A stretch of 64,000 bases of DNA from Bacteroidota bacterium (GTDB lineage Bacteria > Bacteroidota > Ignavibacteria > Palsa-1295). Shown here one piece after another: positions 18,758 to 28,205 of this stretch (position 1 is the first letter of the stretch; the number at the start of each line of letters is the position of its first letter). The DNA is taken from assembly GCA_030706385.1 (NCBI GenBank), contig JAUZOQ010000005.1, positions 832 through 64,831 of the forward strand, in the 5' to 3' direction. A program made the position numbers and the translations under genes. The notes below the pieces were generated by a model. It had not been told where the DNA came from, searched no databases, and saw only the letters and a program-made list of their open reading frames with translations.

Positions 18758-19498
18758 ATGGATATAAGCAAAGACAGCAGCTTTTATCGGAAAACGGATT
18801 CGACAACGGTTTCGGTACTTACGCACATGCGTACAGAGCATGATCCGAGCTTGACCGACTACATGAAGGCGTTATCGGATTTTGTCTGGCCGGTAGTGGT
18901 CGTTTTTCTCGCTCTGAAATTTAGGAGCGAAATTGTCGGGTTATTGAAACGAATTACTAAGGCAAAGGTATCCAATACGGAATTCGAATTCGAGAATTCC
19001 GTCAACAATGCCGCCGAGGAAATCAAGGAACTTCGTGCTGTAAAACCGGTTTAATTTAATAGTATGTCAACTCATTTTACTGCCGATAAGGACCCCGAGG
19101 TGCTCCTACCGACAAATCCGGTCGCTGCTATTGTGGAAGCTTTCAATGGGTTAGAGGAATCCCTGCGCAACCTTGCAGAATTGTACGGCTATCCGAATGC
19201 TGAACCAGCGAAGGGAATCTCGGCAATCCAATTCCTTTACAACACTAAGATTCTTAGTGCGTCCGATGGGAAAGCTATCGAGATCTTGAGAAATTTACGT
19301 AATCAGGCACTCAGTGCTAAGACCGGGGTGGACTCTAAGTCTGCCCGAAAATACATCGATTTGGTTGCAGAGGAAAAGAATCTCATCGATAATAACGTCA
19401 CGCTTCGCAAACTTTATGACGAGGCAATGCCTATCGAAAGTGCTGTCTCTGCCGCTCCGACAGCTACGAAGACGAAACCGCCACGAATGACGGCCTAG
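18758..19498 (+). pseudogene. Single-TM + HEPN-like helical protein split by in-frame TAA (19052-19054)
   Basis: ORFs 18758-19054 and 19064-19498 are in the same frame, 9 nt apart; WPVVVVFLALKFR..EFEF then P.AAIVEAF..LE..LR...LRNLRN pattern usually seen in one chain. Confidence 0.6.
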
Positions 19499-19602
19499 TT
19501 GGTAGTTTGGAAGTTGCCGGTTTGGTAGTTGGTCCCTGGCTGGAATCCCTCGATGTCTCTCGTTTCCCATACGCCTATACACCCACTCCCATTCCCCCAT
19601 CC
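19496..19602. repeat. Short degenerate 7-8-bp tandem repeats
   Basis: tagttgg tagtttgg aagttgc cggtttgg tagttgg; cccatacg cctataca cccactcc. Confidence 0.5.
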
Positions 19603-19642
19603 TCGAACGCAGTCGTTCCTTTTCAAGTTATCATAACTCGAT

Positions 19643-21208
19643 ATGCAACGCATCGCCCTCGCTATTGTCCTTCTTCTTACCTGCACCGCTTTAGCGCGCG
19701 GGCAGAGCACATTCGAGAAAATGGTCCGATTCGATAGCAGCGGTCTTATTCAGGGAGATGCCGTAATTCAAACTTCTGACGGAGGCTACCTCACCAGCGG
19801 CGGAGTAGGGTTTAACGATAAAGCGAGCAATATTCCATGCCTGATCAAATTCGATGCGAGCGGAAATGTTCAATGGGTTCGATCGGTCAGCAATTTTCTA
19901 GTCTTCGAAATAAATGCACTCGCACGGTTCTCAGATAATTATTTTTATGCTGTCGGGCATTACGAAACAGGCTCTGTGAACGGGACATTCATTATGAAGT
20001 TCGATGCCGACGGTAATATTTTCTGGATACGAACGCATGCTGGCATGCCGCTTGGCACGATGCCGCTGACTGTCTACAAGGATGGAAGCTGCATCATTGG
20101 CGGAGAGGTTGCATATAGGCCGTATCTCATGCGGGTGGATTCGAACGGAGCGTTGCTATGGATCAATAATTTTACTAAGGCTTCCCTCTTCAACTTATCG
20201 ATGGCTCAGGTAGGCGATAGCAGTTTTGTTTTGGCAGGATATTTTGCTGGAGCTGTTAAAAGAAACCCCATAGTACTAAGCATCATGAAGATCGATCTAT
20301 CCGGACACCTGGTATGGCTGAAATATATTTCGGCACAGGTAGATATCCAGGGATTATCCATCTGCGCGACTCAGGATAGGGGTTATGCTGTTTGCGGAAG
20401 AAGCAACTTCGGAAATATCTTCCTGGCAAAATTCAACTCATCGGATTCGCTCATGTGGACTGAGGAGATCCTTGCCCTCGATAATTCTGTTGGCGAATCG
20501 GCAATGGCCGAGGCGCGCAATGGAGATCTGCTTCTTGTTTACTTCTCCGAGATACAAACCGGTGAAGCGATATTCGCGCGAACGGATAAAGATGGAGATG
20601 TAAAGTCTGTTAAAGGCCTGAGTAACTCTCAGTTGTTTTTTACCAATTCGATCATTCGCGCAAACGATGGCGGATTTGTTCTTGTCGGAAGGAGAGGAGA
20701 TTCTCTTACGAATGACGGCCTGATCCTCTTGAAGGTCGATTCCCTCGGCGATGGATGCAAGATGGCACCTGCATTATTCACCTCTCATCCCTTGGGCGAA
20801 CTTCAACTTGATTCTCTACAGGATATGTTTGGCGGCACGATCGATTCGATGGATCTTGCATTCGATACGTACACGGATTTCAAGGAAACCGATCTTTGTA
20901 ACACTTCTTCCGTCGAAGAACCGCATAACGATCTCCAAACTTCCGACGACAAACTTCGTCTTTCACCAAATCCCCTCCGCCCCGGTGAAGAGTTGAATGT
21001 TCATCTCAATGAAGGGTTAACTACGGGAAACTACGAGCTCAATGTTATCGATCTGCTCGGCAATACACTCTTAAGACAGAAGATCGCAATCTCCGGAGAA
21101 CTGCAAGATATTCCTCTCTCACTTCCATACCTTCCCTCAGGCGTATACGTTCTCGAACTGCGGAATGAAGCAGGTGCAAGTTACCATGCGAAGTTTGTAA
21201 GTGAGTGA
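19643..21208 (+). CDS. T9SS cargo, beta-propeller-like repeats (TxDGGY/F...K.D..G...W)
   Basis: Signal peptide, repeated QTSDGGY/KFDASGNVQW units, LSPNP...DLLGN...SGVYVL CTD. Confidence 0.85.
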   Translation: MQRIALAIVLLLTCTALARGQSTFEKMVRFDSSGLIQGDAVIQTSDGGYLTSGGVGFNDKASNIPCLIKFDASGNVQWVRSVSNFLVFEINALARFSDNYFYAVGHYETGSVNGTFIMKFDADGNIFWIRTHAGMPLGTMPLTVYKDGSCIIGGEVAYRPYLMRVDSNGALLWINNFTKASLFNLSMAQVGDSSFVLAGYFAGAVKRNPIVLSIMKIDLSGHLVWLKYISAQVDIQGLSICATQDRGYAVCGRSNFGNIFLAKFNSSDSLMWTEEILALDNSVGESAMAEARNGDLLLVYFSEIQTGEAIFARTDKDGDVKSVKGLSNSQLFFTNSIIRANDGGFVLVGRRGDSLTNDGLILLKVDSLGDGCKMAPALFTSHPLGELQLDSLQDMFGGTIDSMDLAFDTYTDFKETDLCNTSSVEEPHNDLQTSDDKLRLSPNPLRPGEELNVHLNEGLTTGNYELNVIDLLGNTLLRQKIAISGELQDIPLSLPYLPSGVYVLELRNEAGASYHAKFVSE

Positions 21209-21280
21209 GCATCGAGTTCGCCTCACTTCAAACGCCACTTCGTTCGAACCCACCGTCTCGCATTTAGGTTGTCTTGATTC

Positions 21281-22909
21281 ATGAAACAGATCATCCTCTT
21301 TGTCCTTCCAATTCTTGCCATAGCTGTTGCCTCATCATTTGGGCAAGGCATATTTGAGAAGCAGATCGATCTCGGCTATACGACTTTCCCGACATCCATA
21401 ACTCAATCAACAGATGGGAGTTTTTATATAAGCGGATACTATCTTGTCGATAGTAATGCTATCCCGGGTACTTCGTACTATCCCTTCATCACAAAGACGT
21501 CGGAGCTAGGAGAGATATCGTGGACGAAAAGATTAACCGTTTATTCTCAAGACAAGAATATACTGATCCCCGTCCATGACGGAGGCGTCGTCATGGCTTC
21601 GAACTTGTTCCGATTGTCACTCATTCGATTTGATACAGAAGGCGCAATCGAAAAGACAGTCGCTCTTAATCTGTCGGGGCTTAGTCGTGAAGGTCTTTCA
21701 GTATGCGAAACATTCGATCATCATTACATTTTTGCTTCGACGAGCTATGGAAGCTCTCTACTCTCGAAGATCGATAGCCTCGGTCAACAGGAATGGACCG
21801 TTGCGCTGACAAAACCATATGGTAATAAAGTAGTTGGCGTTATCCAGTCTTCGGATAGCAACTATATCCTCTGCTCAATTGTCGAAAACCCTTCACCTGA
21901 TAATCGGATCGTTCTCGTAAAAATTTCGCCGGCAGGGGCCATCCTTTGGAATACGATCGATCTGACGCTCGGGTTTTTTTCAAAAATCAATGCGTTGACA
22001 AGAACCTCCGACGGCGGCTTCGCTATTTGTGGCTTACTCCTGTCTGCGGGTGCTAAGACCTTCGTTGCAAAATTCAACACCGATGGCAAGCTTCTTTGGC
22101 ATACAACTATCGATGCTTTTTCCGACCAGCAGGGCATTGATATTGTTGAAAAGACAGATGGAGATCTTGCCTTAGTGGGTACACTCACAACATCTGGAGA
22201 TGCTCTTGAGCAACCGGCCAACGGAAAGATGGTAGTATCCATTATTGCAAGTGACGGGAGTATCAAGAGTTTACAAACTTTAGATCTGCTTCCAAATTAT
22301 CCATGTACTGGAGTTTCTGTCACGTCCACAAAAGATAACGGCATAGTGATTTTGGGTTCGGTGGTGAAAACGCCGATCGACCGATCCCAGGGAACGCATG
22401 CTTATCCGCAGACTGGAATGGTCTTCATCAAAGTCAAGGAGAATGCAGGTGTGAATTGTTTTCTTGACTACAACCTCTTTATATCGCAGACGGGGAAGGT
22501 CGTAAGTACTGATACTACAGTCGAATCGACAAACTACGACTTCCAAACCGAAGCAAAAGATCTTGATACCGTAATTTCTGTCCCTTTCAGGGACTATGAT
22601 ATATGCTCGCATTATCTCGTCCCAGAATCCGAGCTTCATAATTCGGATGCCAGACTTCACATTTCACCCAGCCCACTCCGAGCAGGTGAAGCGCTGAATG
22701 TTCATCTCAATGAAGGGTTAACTACGGGAAACTACGAGCTCAATGTTACCGATCTGCTCGGCAATACACTCTTAAGACAGAAGATCGCAATCTCCGGAGA
22801 AGTGCAAGATATTCATCTCTCTCTTTCCAATCTCGTCTCAGGCGTATACGTTCTCGAACTGCGGAATGAAGCAGGTGCAAGTTACCATGCGAAGTTTGTG
22901 AGGGAGTGA
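21281..22909 (+). CDS. T9SS cargo, beta-propeller-like repeats; paralog of 19643-21208
   Basis: Same repeat type; CTD nearly identical at DNA level to the upstream gene. Confidence 0.85.
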   Translation: MKQIILFVLPILAIAVASSFGQGIFEKQIDLGYTTFPTSITQSTDGSFYISGYYLVDSNAIPGTSYYPFITKTSELGEISWTKRLTVYSQDKNILIPVHDGGVVMASNLFRLSLIRFDTEGAIEKTVALNLSGLSREGLSVCETFDHHYIFASTSYGSSLLSKIDSLGQQEWTVALTKPYGNKVVGVIQSSDSNYILCSIVENPSPDNRIVLVKISPAGAILWNTIDLTLGFFSKINALTRTSDGGFAICGLLLSAGAKTFVAKFNTDGKLLWHTTIDAFSDQQGIDIVEKTDGDLALVGTLTTSGDALEQPANGKMVVSIIASDGSIKSLQTLDLLPNYPCTGVSVTSTKDNGIVILGSVVKTPIDRSQGTHAYPQTGMVFIKVKENAGVNCFLDYNLFISQTGKVVSTDTTVESTNYDFQTEAKDLDTVISVPFRDYDICSHYLVPESELHNSDARLHISPSPLRAGEALNVHLNEGLTTGNYELNVTDLLGNTLLRQKIAISGEVQDIHLSLSNLVSGVYVLELRNEAGASYHAKFVRE

Positions 22910-22919
22910 GTAGTACCGT

Positions 22920-24140
22920 TTACTCCCTCACGATTTTTCGGGTAATTACTTCATTCTGCGCTTCGAATCTTGCGAAGTATGTCCCTGGTGGCAACGTGGA
23001 GAGATCAAGCGTGAAATCCGCCGCCCCGGAATTCGAGAGTTCACGTACAGTCTCACCGAGTACATTTGTAATTATGATGTGAAGCGTATTCGTCGGAGGG
23101 TTATGGACGGTGATATCTCCAATGGTCGGATTAGGAGAAAGAGAGATGGTAATATCGGGTTGAGAATGTTCCGGTACGTCACTAGCTCCAAAATCGGAGA
23201 GAGCTCGGCGCCACACAATATCAGTGCTGGCAAACAGATTCGTGCCGGCCACTCCAAGGGCGCTCACATAGGGGCTTGGCGATACGGTCAATCCGGAGTT
23301 AACTGCAGTCCAGCTTGCTCCGGTGTTCGAAGTCATATATACACCGCTATCAATTCCTACGAAGAGATTGAGCCCGTTTACTGCAAAGGCATGGATTTCG
23401 GCCGGTGGCAGGCCATTACCGACTCTCGTCCACATTGCGCCGGCGTTAGTAGTTAGGTACACTCCTCCGGTATCCGGCCAACCAAAAGTCCCTGCAAAGA
23501 TTTCATTTCCGATGACTGCAAAAGCACGAATGATCGTATCGGATAATCCATTGTTGACCTTCGTCCAGTTCGAGCCCATATCATTCGAGAGAAAAACGCC
23601 GCCATAGGTGCCGGCAAATATATTCGTCCCGCTCACAGCAAGCGCTCCGACACTCGTGTTCGTTAATCCATTATTTACTGTTTTCCAATTAATGCCGTTA
23701 TTGGTAGAGAGAATAACACCTGCGCTCGTCCCGGCAAAGAGATTCGGACCACTGATAGCAAAGGCATTGACGGTGGTGCCTGAAGGTAACCCGCTAGTGA
23801 CGGTTTTCCAGTTCGTACCGCCGTTGGTCGAGCTAAAAATGCCGTCTCCTGTTCCTGCAAAAAGCTTCGTGCCGCTTTCGACAATGGCATAGACAACAGT
23901 GGCCCCGATGCTGCCGCTCAGGCCATTGTTCGCATTGTTCCATGTCGTGCCGCTATCACTTGTGCGAACGATGCCTGCGCCGAAGAATGTCCCTGCAAAG
24001 AGATACTTGCCACTAGCCGTCAGAGTCAGTATCGAGCCGCTATTAGGCCCCGATGTTTGAATCCATTGGCTCCATAAATTGGACGTGCTTCCGACTGCGA
24101 AGAAAGAAATCCAAGCGATGATGAGAACTCTTGTTTTCAT
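22920..24140 (-). CDS. T9SS cargo with BNR/Asp-box (Ycf48/VPS10-like) propeller repeats
   Basis: Repeated LFAGT..GV..S.N.G.NW..V.NGL; LSPNPT...NVLGETV...GTYFARF CTD; start at MKTRVL. Confidence 0.85.
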   Translation of the reverse strand: MKTRVLIIAWISFFAVGSTSNLWSQWIQTSGPNSGSILTLTASGKYLFAGTFFGAGIVRTSDSGTTWNNANNGLSGSIGATVVYAIVESGTKLFAGTGDGIFSSTNGGTNWKTVTSGLPSGTTVNAFAISGPNLFAGTSAGVILSTNNGINWKTVNNGLTNTSVGALAVSGTNIFAGTYGGVFLSNDMGSNWTKVNNGLSDTIIRAFAVIGNEIFAGTFGWPDTGGVYLTTNAGAMWTRVGNGLPPAEIHAFAVNGLNLFVGIDSGVYMTSNTGASWTAVNSGLTVSPSPYVSALGVAGTNLFASTDIVWRRALSDFGASDVPEHSQPDITISLSPNPTIGDITVHNPPTNTLHIIITNVLGETVRELSNSGAADFTLDLSTLPPGTYFARFEAQNEVITRKIVRE

Positions 24141-24299
24141 TGTAATTATTCCTAAATTGTGTTTCGTGTAGCTAAGCGAATCAAAGAACCATAGTGAAAT
24201 CCGTGCACCGGAAGATGTAACCTCACTGGCAGCAAAGAAATTCAAGGCTTTTGTGGAGAGATATGTGACATCGAGTTGAGAAGGAGAGGGATGGTTTTA

Positions 24300-24452
24300 A
24301 AAGTCTCCTTCCTTTTCAAGGAAGGAGATTTAGTGGATGGTTATTCATAAGATTAATCCTTTTGGAAGCGGTGTTTGCCCTTTCCCAAAAGGATTTATTT
24401 CTATTAATAACCTCACCCCGGCCCTCTCCTTGAAAAGGAGAGGGGGCACTTT
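24300..24452. repeat. Composite palindromic element (REP/REPIN- or MITE-like)
   Basis: Inverted arms ctccttccttttcaaggaaggag and cctcaccccggccctctccttgaaaaggagagggg flank the hairpin aatccttttgg...ccaaaaggatt. Confidence 0.7.
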
Positions 24453-24455
24453 ATT

Positions 24456-24998
24456 CTACTCCGGCAGGCTTCGAATATCTCGTAGGCGCTCGACTTGATC
24501 TCGCAGCACTCGTCGATTATGCATGGGATTTGTTACGGAGGGATCGGGGACCCAATCGAGTAATCCCTTATCCATTGCTCGCGCAATGCGCATTCTGTTA
24601 GGCTGCGAGTTTTCGCCAAAGGCAAGCGCCGCTGCGTTCGAGATGGTGATCAGCTCGTCGACGGATATCCACCAACGCGCTCGCGAGGCAACGACTCCGA
24701 TGTCGGTATCCCAGAAGCCGTCATAGAACGCTGGCGCCGGTTGCATCGAGTTAGAGAGAAGCAGATCGAGAATTCTCTTCAGTGCACCTTCGACTCGCGC
24801 CATCATTACAGCAGATCGTGTGATCTCTCCATTGGCAACGGCAATGAGTAATTTCATATCATCGGCGATCGTGAGCTTCTCGCTTGCTTCAGAATCCTCC
24901 GTACTCGGTTTCTTGCCAAGCGCAGATTCGAATTTTTCGTAACGCTTCGTTACAAGATTTAAGATTTCCGTCGTCAGTTTTTCTTTAAATAGAGCCAT
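24456..24998 (-). CDS. Hypothetical protein with C-terminal MerR/excisionase-like HTH
   Basis: ELITISNAAALAF...RIARAMDKGLL...RRVLRDQVERL pattern. Confidence 0.6.
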   Translation of the reverse strand: MALFKEKLTTEILNLVTKRYEKFESALGKKPSTEDSEASEKLTIADDMKLLIAVANGEITRSAVMMARVEGALKRILDLLLSNSMQPAPAFYDGFWDTDIGVVASRARWWISVDELITISNAAALAFGENSQPNRMRIARAMDKGLLDWVPDPSVTNPMHNRRVLRDQVERLRDIRSLPE

Positions 24999-25098
24999 AC
25001 AAGTAGATTATTTATATCGATGGCAACTAACGTTAGTTAAGTTAGCTACGGTTCCTATTATTTGGACGATATAGGCTTAAGGGAAGCAGAGGCTCAAC

Positions 25099-25884
25099 TT
25101 AGTATGCAAAATAGATCGCGTCGGGCTCTATTGAAAGCCAGTCACTGCTTGCCTTAGCTTTCTTTGGCGGAGGATCGAAGCGGAAGAAACAGAAGTCGTT
25201 CGAAGGACCGACTCTCCAGAAGTCGCAGCAACCTTCATGCTGCTTCCAGCCATTAATAATATCAAAAACTATTCGCATTCGCGCTTCAACTTCCGGAGCA
25301 GCAGAGAGAAGAACCCAGTCGAATCGAAAAACTCCGTTGCGATGATGCGAAAGAGAATCGGGCTTTGGGAGAATCCGTGATGCCGTATCGGCAGAATAGA
25401 AAACAACATCAAGTGGGGCACATCCGCCCAGGCCAAAGATCTTTTCACTATACACTGTGCTATCCGACCGCACATTGCGTAACGAATCCATCATACTGAG
25501 AGGAAGATGCGCCATGCTCATCAACCCATAAAGTGAATCGAGATCTCGAACTTCGAATGCAATTCCGGAAATATGATCTCCATATTTCCTAAGAGCTTGC
25601 AATCGCCAATCATCCGATGAACTAGAGTTCGTAGTCTCAAGTAGTATTTCACATCCGTTCGGAAATGTTATGGAATTACTGAAGATGCCGCCGGGCTCGC
25701 GCTTACCCGGTTTCATATGATAGCCTCTCTTAAGGAACGCTCTGGTGAGAGAATCAATATTGCTCGTAAGATAACTAATGCGGGAAAGGCGGATTCCGGA
25801 CCGGGCAATAGTTTGCCCCCTTGCAGCTGGAGCTACCCATAACACTATAAAAAATAAGAAGATAAGTGCTACTGACTGCCTCAT
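25099..25884 (-). CDS. Exported VOC/glyoxalase-like protein
   Basis: Signal peptide; N.I.F.NG..I.LE and HISGIAFEVRDLD resemble Glyoxalase_3. Confidence 0.6.
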   Translation of the reverse strand: MRQSVALIFLFFIVLWVAPAARGQTIARSGIRLSRISYLTSNIDSLTRAFLKRGYHMKPGKREPGGIFSNSITFPNGCEILLETTNSSSSDDWRLQALRKYGDHISGIAFEVRDLDSLYGLMSMAHLPLSMMDSLRNVRSDSTVYSEKIFGLGGCAPLDVVFYSADTASRILPKPDSLSHHRNGVFRFDWVLLSAAPEVEARMRIVFDIINGWKQHEGCCDFWRVGPSNDFCFFRFDPPPKKAKASSDWLSIEPDAIYFAY

Positions 25885-26005
25885 AAAGTGAGAGCTCGGT
25901 TCAAAAAAACCGGCACTTTCACGGCCGGGCTAGCGTTGAAGGGTTCCTAACAAGAAAATACGCCGTTTTCTTTCCGCATTTTAACTTTATTTAGAAGGAT
26001 TGCCT

Positions 26006-26293
26006 ATGAGAATGGTTTCGAAAGATAAAGAACTCGTTCCTGGATCGGAAGAACCCTCCATCCGCATCGCCACCCCTCTTTCCCGCCTGCAAGTCGCTAT
26101 GGTTCAAGAACTTCTGCGCGATACAGGTTGGAAGCATTCGGATAAATTCCATTCGCATGCAACAAGCTCGACAGTCCGTCCGACCTTCAAGGTAACATTA
26201 TTCCAGGCAAAGCTTGGCCTCAAGCGCAGCGAAGTGATCGATAAGCTGAAGAAGCAGGTCGGTCCCGTAAAGCTTGAACCTGCCCATCGTTAA
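26006..26293 (+). CDS. Small hypothetical protein
   Basis: Fills the gap upstream of the acyltransferase on the same strand; genome-like codon use. Confidence 0.55.
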   Translation: MRMVSKDKELVPGSEEPSIRIATPLSRLQVAMVQELLRDTGWKHSDKFHSHATSSTVRPTFKVTLFQAKLGLKRSEVIDKLKKQVGPVKLEPAHR

Positions 26294-26314
26294 CCGTTCC
26301 TTCAAGAGGCGCCG

Positions 26315-27586
26315 GTGAACCCCGCACCGCAAGCGATCGCCAGCGCAGTAGTGGCGGAGAAAAAACTCCGGCTGCATTCTATTGATATTCTTCGAGGCCT
26401 TGCCGCACTTTCCGTTGCCCTCTATCATATCTGGGGCCACGACGGTGCTTATGCATTTCCCTCGATAGGGATCGTCCCGCAGGCGCAGAATCCGACATTC
26501 TTCATGTATCTTATCTCGCCGCTTCGGTGGGGATATCTTGGCGTCTCGCTTTTCCTTGTGCTCTCGGGGTTCTGCATTCATCTTCCGTATGCCCGCAAGA
26601 AATACGCCGGCGGCAGTTACGAATTCAAAGGCAGTGCATTTTTTACGCGAAGAATCTGGCGATTGTATCCGGCCTATATCGTTGCCGTTCTGATAACTGC
26701 AGGTGCTCTCAAAGCGGGAAGCATGTTCCCGTCACTGAATATCGTCGGCCATTTTCCGATCCCGACAGCCTGGGATGTTGCATCGCACTTAACGATGCTT
26801 CACGGATTCTTCGAGCATCAGTTCTATTCGATCGCAAGTGTATTCTGGTCGTTGTCACTGGAATTTCAACTGTATCTTGCGTATCCACTATTTCTATTAG
26901 CATTTCGAAAGTTCGGAGTCGGTAAATCGGTGGCATTCTTTATTCTGCTTTCGCTTGCATGGAGATATTTTGCCATCTACTATCTGGGTGGAGGATTGAT
27001 CTCGATCGCAGCGGAGGGGCCATTCGTCAGTATGGGTTGCTTGCCTGCGAGAATGGCTGAATGGCTGATCGGAGCATTCGTGGCAGAGATCTTTGCGAAG
27101 CATTACCTAAGCGGGTCGACAACGACGAAGTTCGCCGGCAAGCGTCCTCTATTTCTCGGAGCAAGTATACTTCTGTTTGGAGCAGCAATTCTGACGACAC
27201 TCTCTCAGCCGACATGGATCGCAACAGATCCGCTCTTCGGCTCATCGTTCGCATTCCTGATCGCAGCAGTGATCCTTCCGAATCTCTCAACGGGAGCGCA
27301 GAAGGAAAGTTCAGGATTTGCGAAGATGTTCGTTCAGCTCGGAATCATTAGTTATTCCTTTTATCTAATCCACTCGCAGTTCGGCTGGTTAGTTTCGCTT
27401 TTCGTGCCGTCGCAGCCGGGAGCCGTTATGCCGTTTATTGTACGAGTCCTCGCATTGCTCGTCTCTCTCGTGCCGATCTATTATTTCTTTACCTGGTTCG
27501 AAAAGCCATTCCTCTCTGCACCGAAGGCCGGCAGTGCACTTGCAGGAACGTACAAGAAGCTTGGGACTTTACTTGGTGTACGCTAA
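26315..27586 (+). CDS. Acyltransferase-3 (OafA/YrhL-like) membrane O-acyltransferase
   Basis: IDILRGLAAL.V.LYH, GVSLFLVLSGF, RRIWRLYPAY, WSLSLEFQLY, SYSFYLIH, FEKP. Confidence 0.92.
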   Translation: MNPAPQAIASAVVAEKKLRLHSIDILRGLAALSVALYHIWGHDGAYAFPSIGIVPQAQNPTFFMYLISPLRWGYLGVSLFLVLSGFCIHLPYARKKYAGGSYEFKGSAFFTRRIWRLYPAYIVAVLITAGALKAGSMFPSLNIVGHFPIPTAWDVASHLTMLHGFFEHQFYSIASVFWSLSLEFQLYLAYPLFLLAFRKFGVGKSVAFFILLSLAWRYFAIYYLGGGLISIAAEGPFVSMGCLPARMAEWLIGAFVAEIFAKHYLSGSTTTKFAGKRPLFLGASILLFGAAILTTLSQPTWIATDPLFGSSFAFLIAAVILPNLSTGAQKESSGFAKMFVQLGIISYSFYLIHSQFGWLVSLFVPSQPGAVMPFIVRVLALLVSLVPIYYFFTWFEKPFLSAPKAGSALAGTYKKLGTLLGVR

Positions 27587-28072
27587 ACGCTCACGGAGGG
27601 CGACAAGAGTCTTTTTCATTTCATGAAGTTCTGCGATCGATACAGATACTTGTGATGGTGGAATGATCGGTAGCTGCGCTTCATCGACTGGTGCTTTAAC
27701 TTCGGCAGTCTGCGCCTGCTTCTCGGCTTCGCGCTCCTGCTTTAATATCTGCTTTGCTCCTTCGATCGTGAATCGCTCATCGCGCAGAAGTTCTTTGATG
27801 CGAGTAACGATCTTCACATCCTTCTCGGAGTAGATGCGGTTGCCGGCGCGGTTCTTATGCGGCCGCAGTTCGTCGAACTCCGTTTCCCAATAGCGAAGGA
27901 CGTATTGCTCGATTCCGGTTAGTGCGCTGACTTCACTGATCGCCCGATAGAGTTTCGGAATCGTAAAATCTTTCAGGCCGCGCCTCGAACGCTCCGATTG
28001 CGGAGATGGCATATCGGGCAGTTCATCGCCCGGTTTCGCATGCGACACATCAAAGAATTCGCCTTGTACCAC
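27569..28072 (-). CDS. MerR-family transcriptional regulator
   Basis: ISEVS....IEQYVLRYWETEF..L.P.KNRAGNRIY; start moved downstream of the TAGTTTTG box at 28108-28115. Confidence 0.88.
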   Translation of the reverse strand: MVQGEFFDVSHAKPGDELPDMPSPQSERSRRGLKDFTIPKLYRAISEVSALTGIEQYVLRYWETEFDELRPHKNRAGNRIYSEKDVKIVTRIKELLRDERFTIEGAKQILKQEREAEKQAQTAEVKAPVDEAQLPIIPPSQVSVSIAELHEMKKTLVALRERLAYTK

Positions 28073-28205
28073 GTTCGTCCCTTTTGGTGAAGATGATGAA
28101 TGAAGTACAAAACTACGCACAAAACCGAAAAAATGTTCTCAGGAAGCTGATTGACCGGAGTTTTCATCCCCAGCGCCTCGATGGGATTTTCGTATTATTG
28201 CATTT

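Noticed and set aside
365-19054. TAA reassignment or programmed read-through suggested by two clean in-frame TAA codons (365-367, 19052-19054)
   Set aside because: TAA is the evident terminator of many core genes here (bamA, uppS, pstS, glmM). Independent nonsense mutations or errors are simpler.
20994-22899. DGR template/variable repeat pair
   Set aside because: Mismatches are not adenine-specific (T/C, C/G and others), both copies are coding CTDs, and no reverse transcriptase is present.
27569-27586. Convergent 3' overlaps (acyltransferase/MerR; EamA/pit at 51715-51737)
   Set aside because: Short tail-to-tail overlaps are common in compact genomes.
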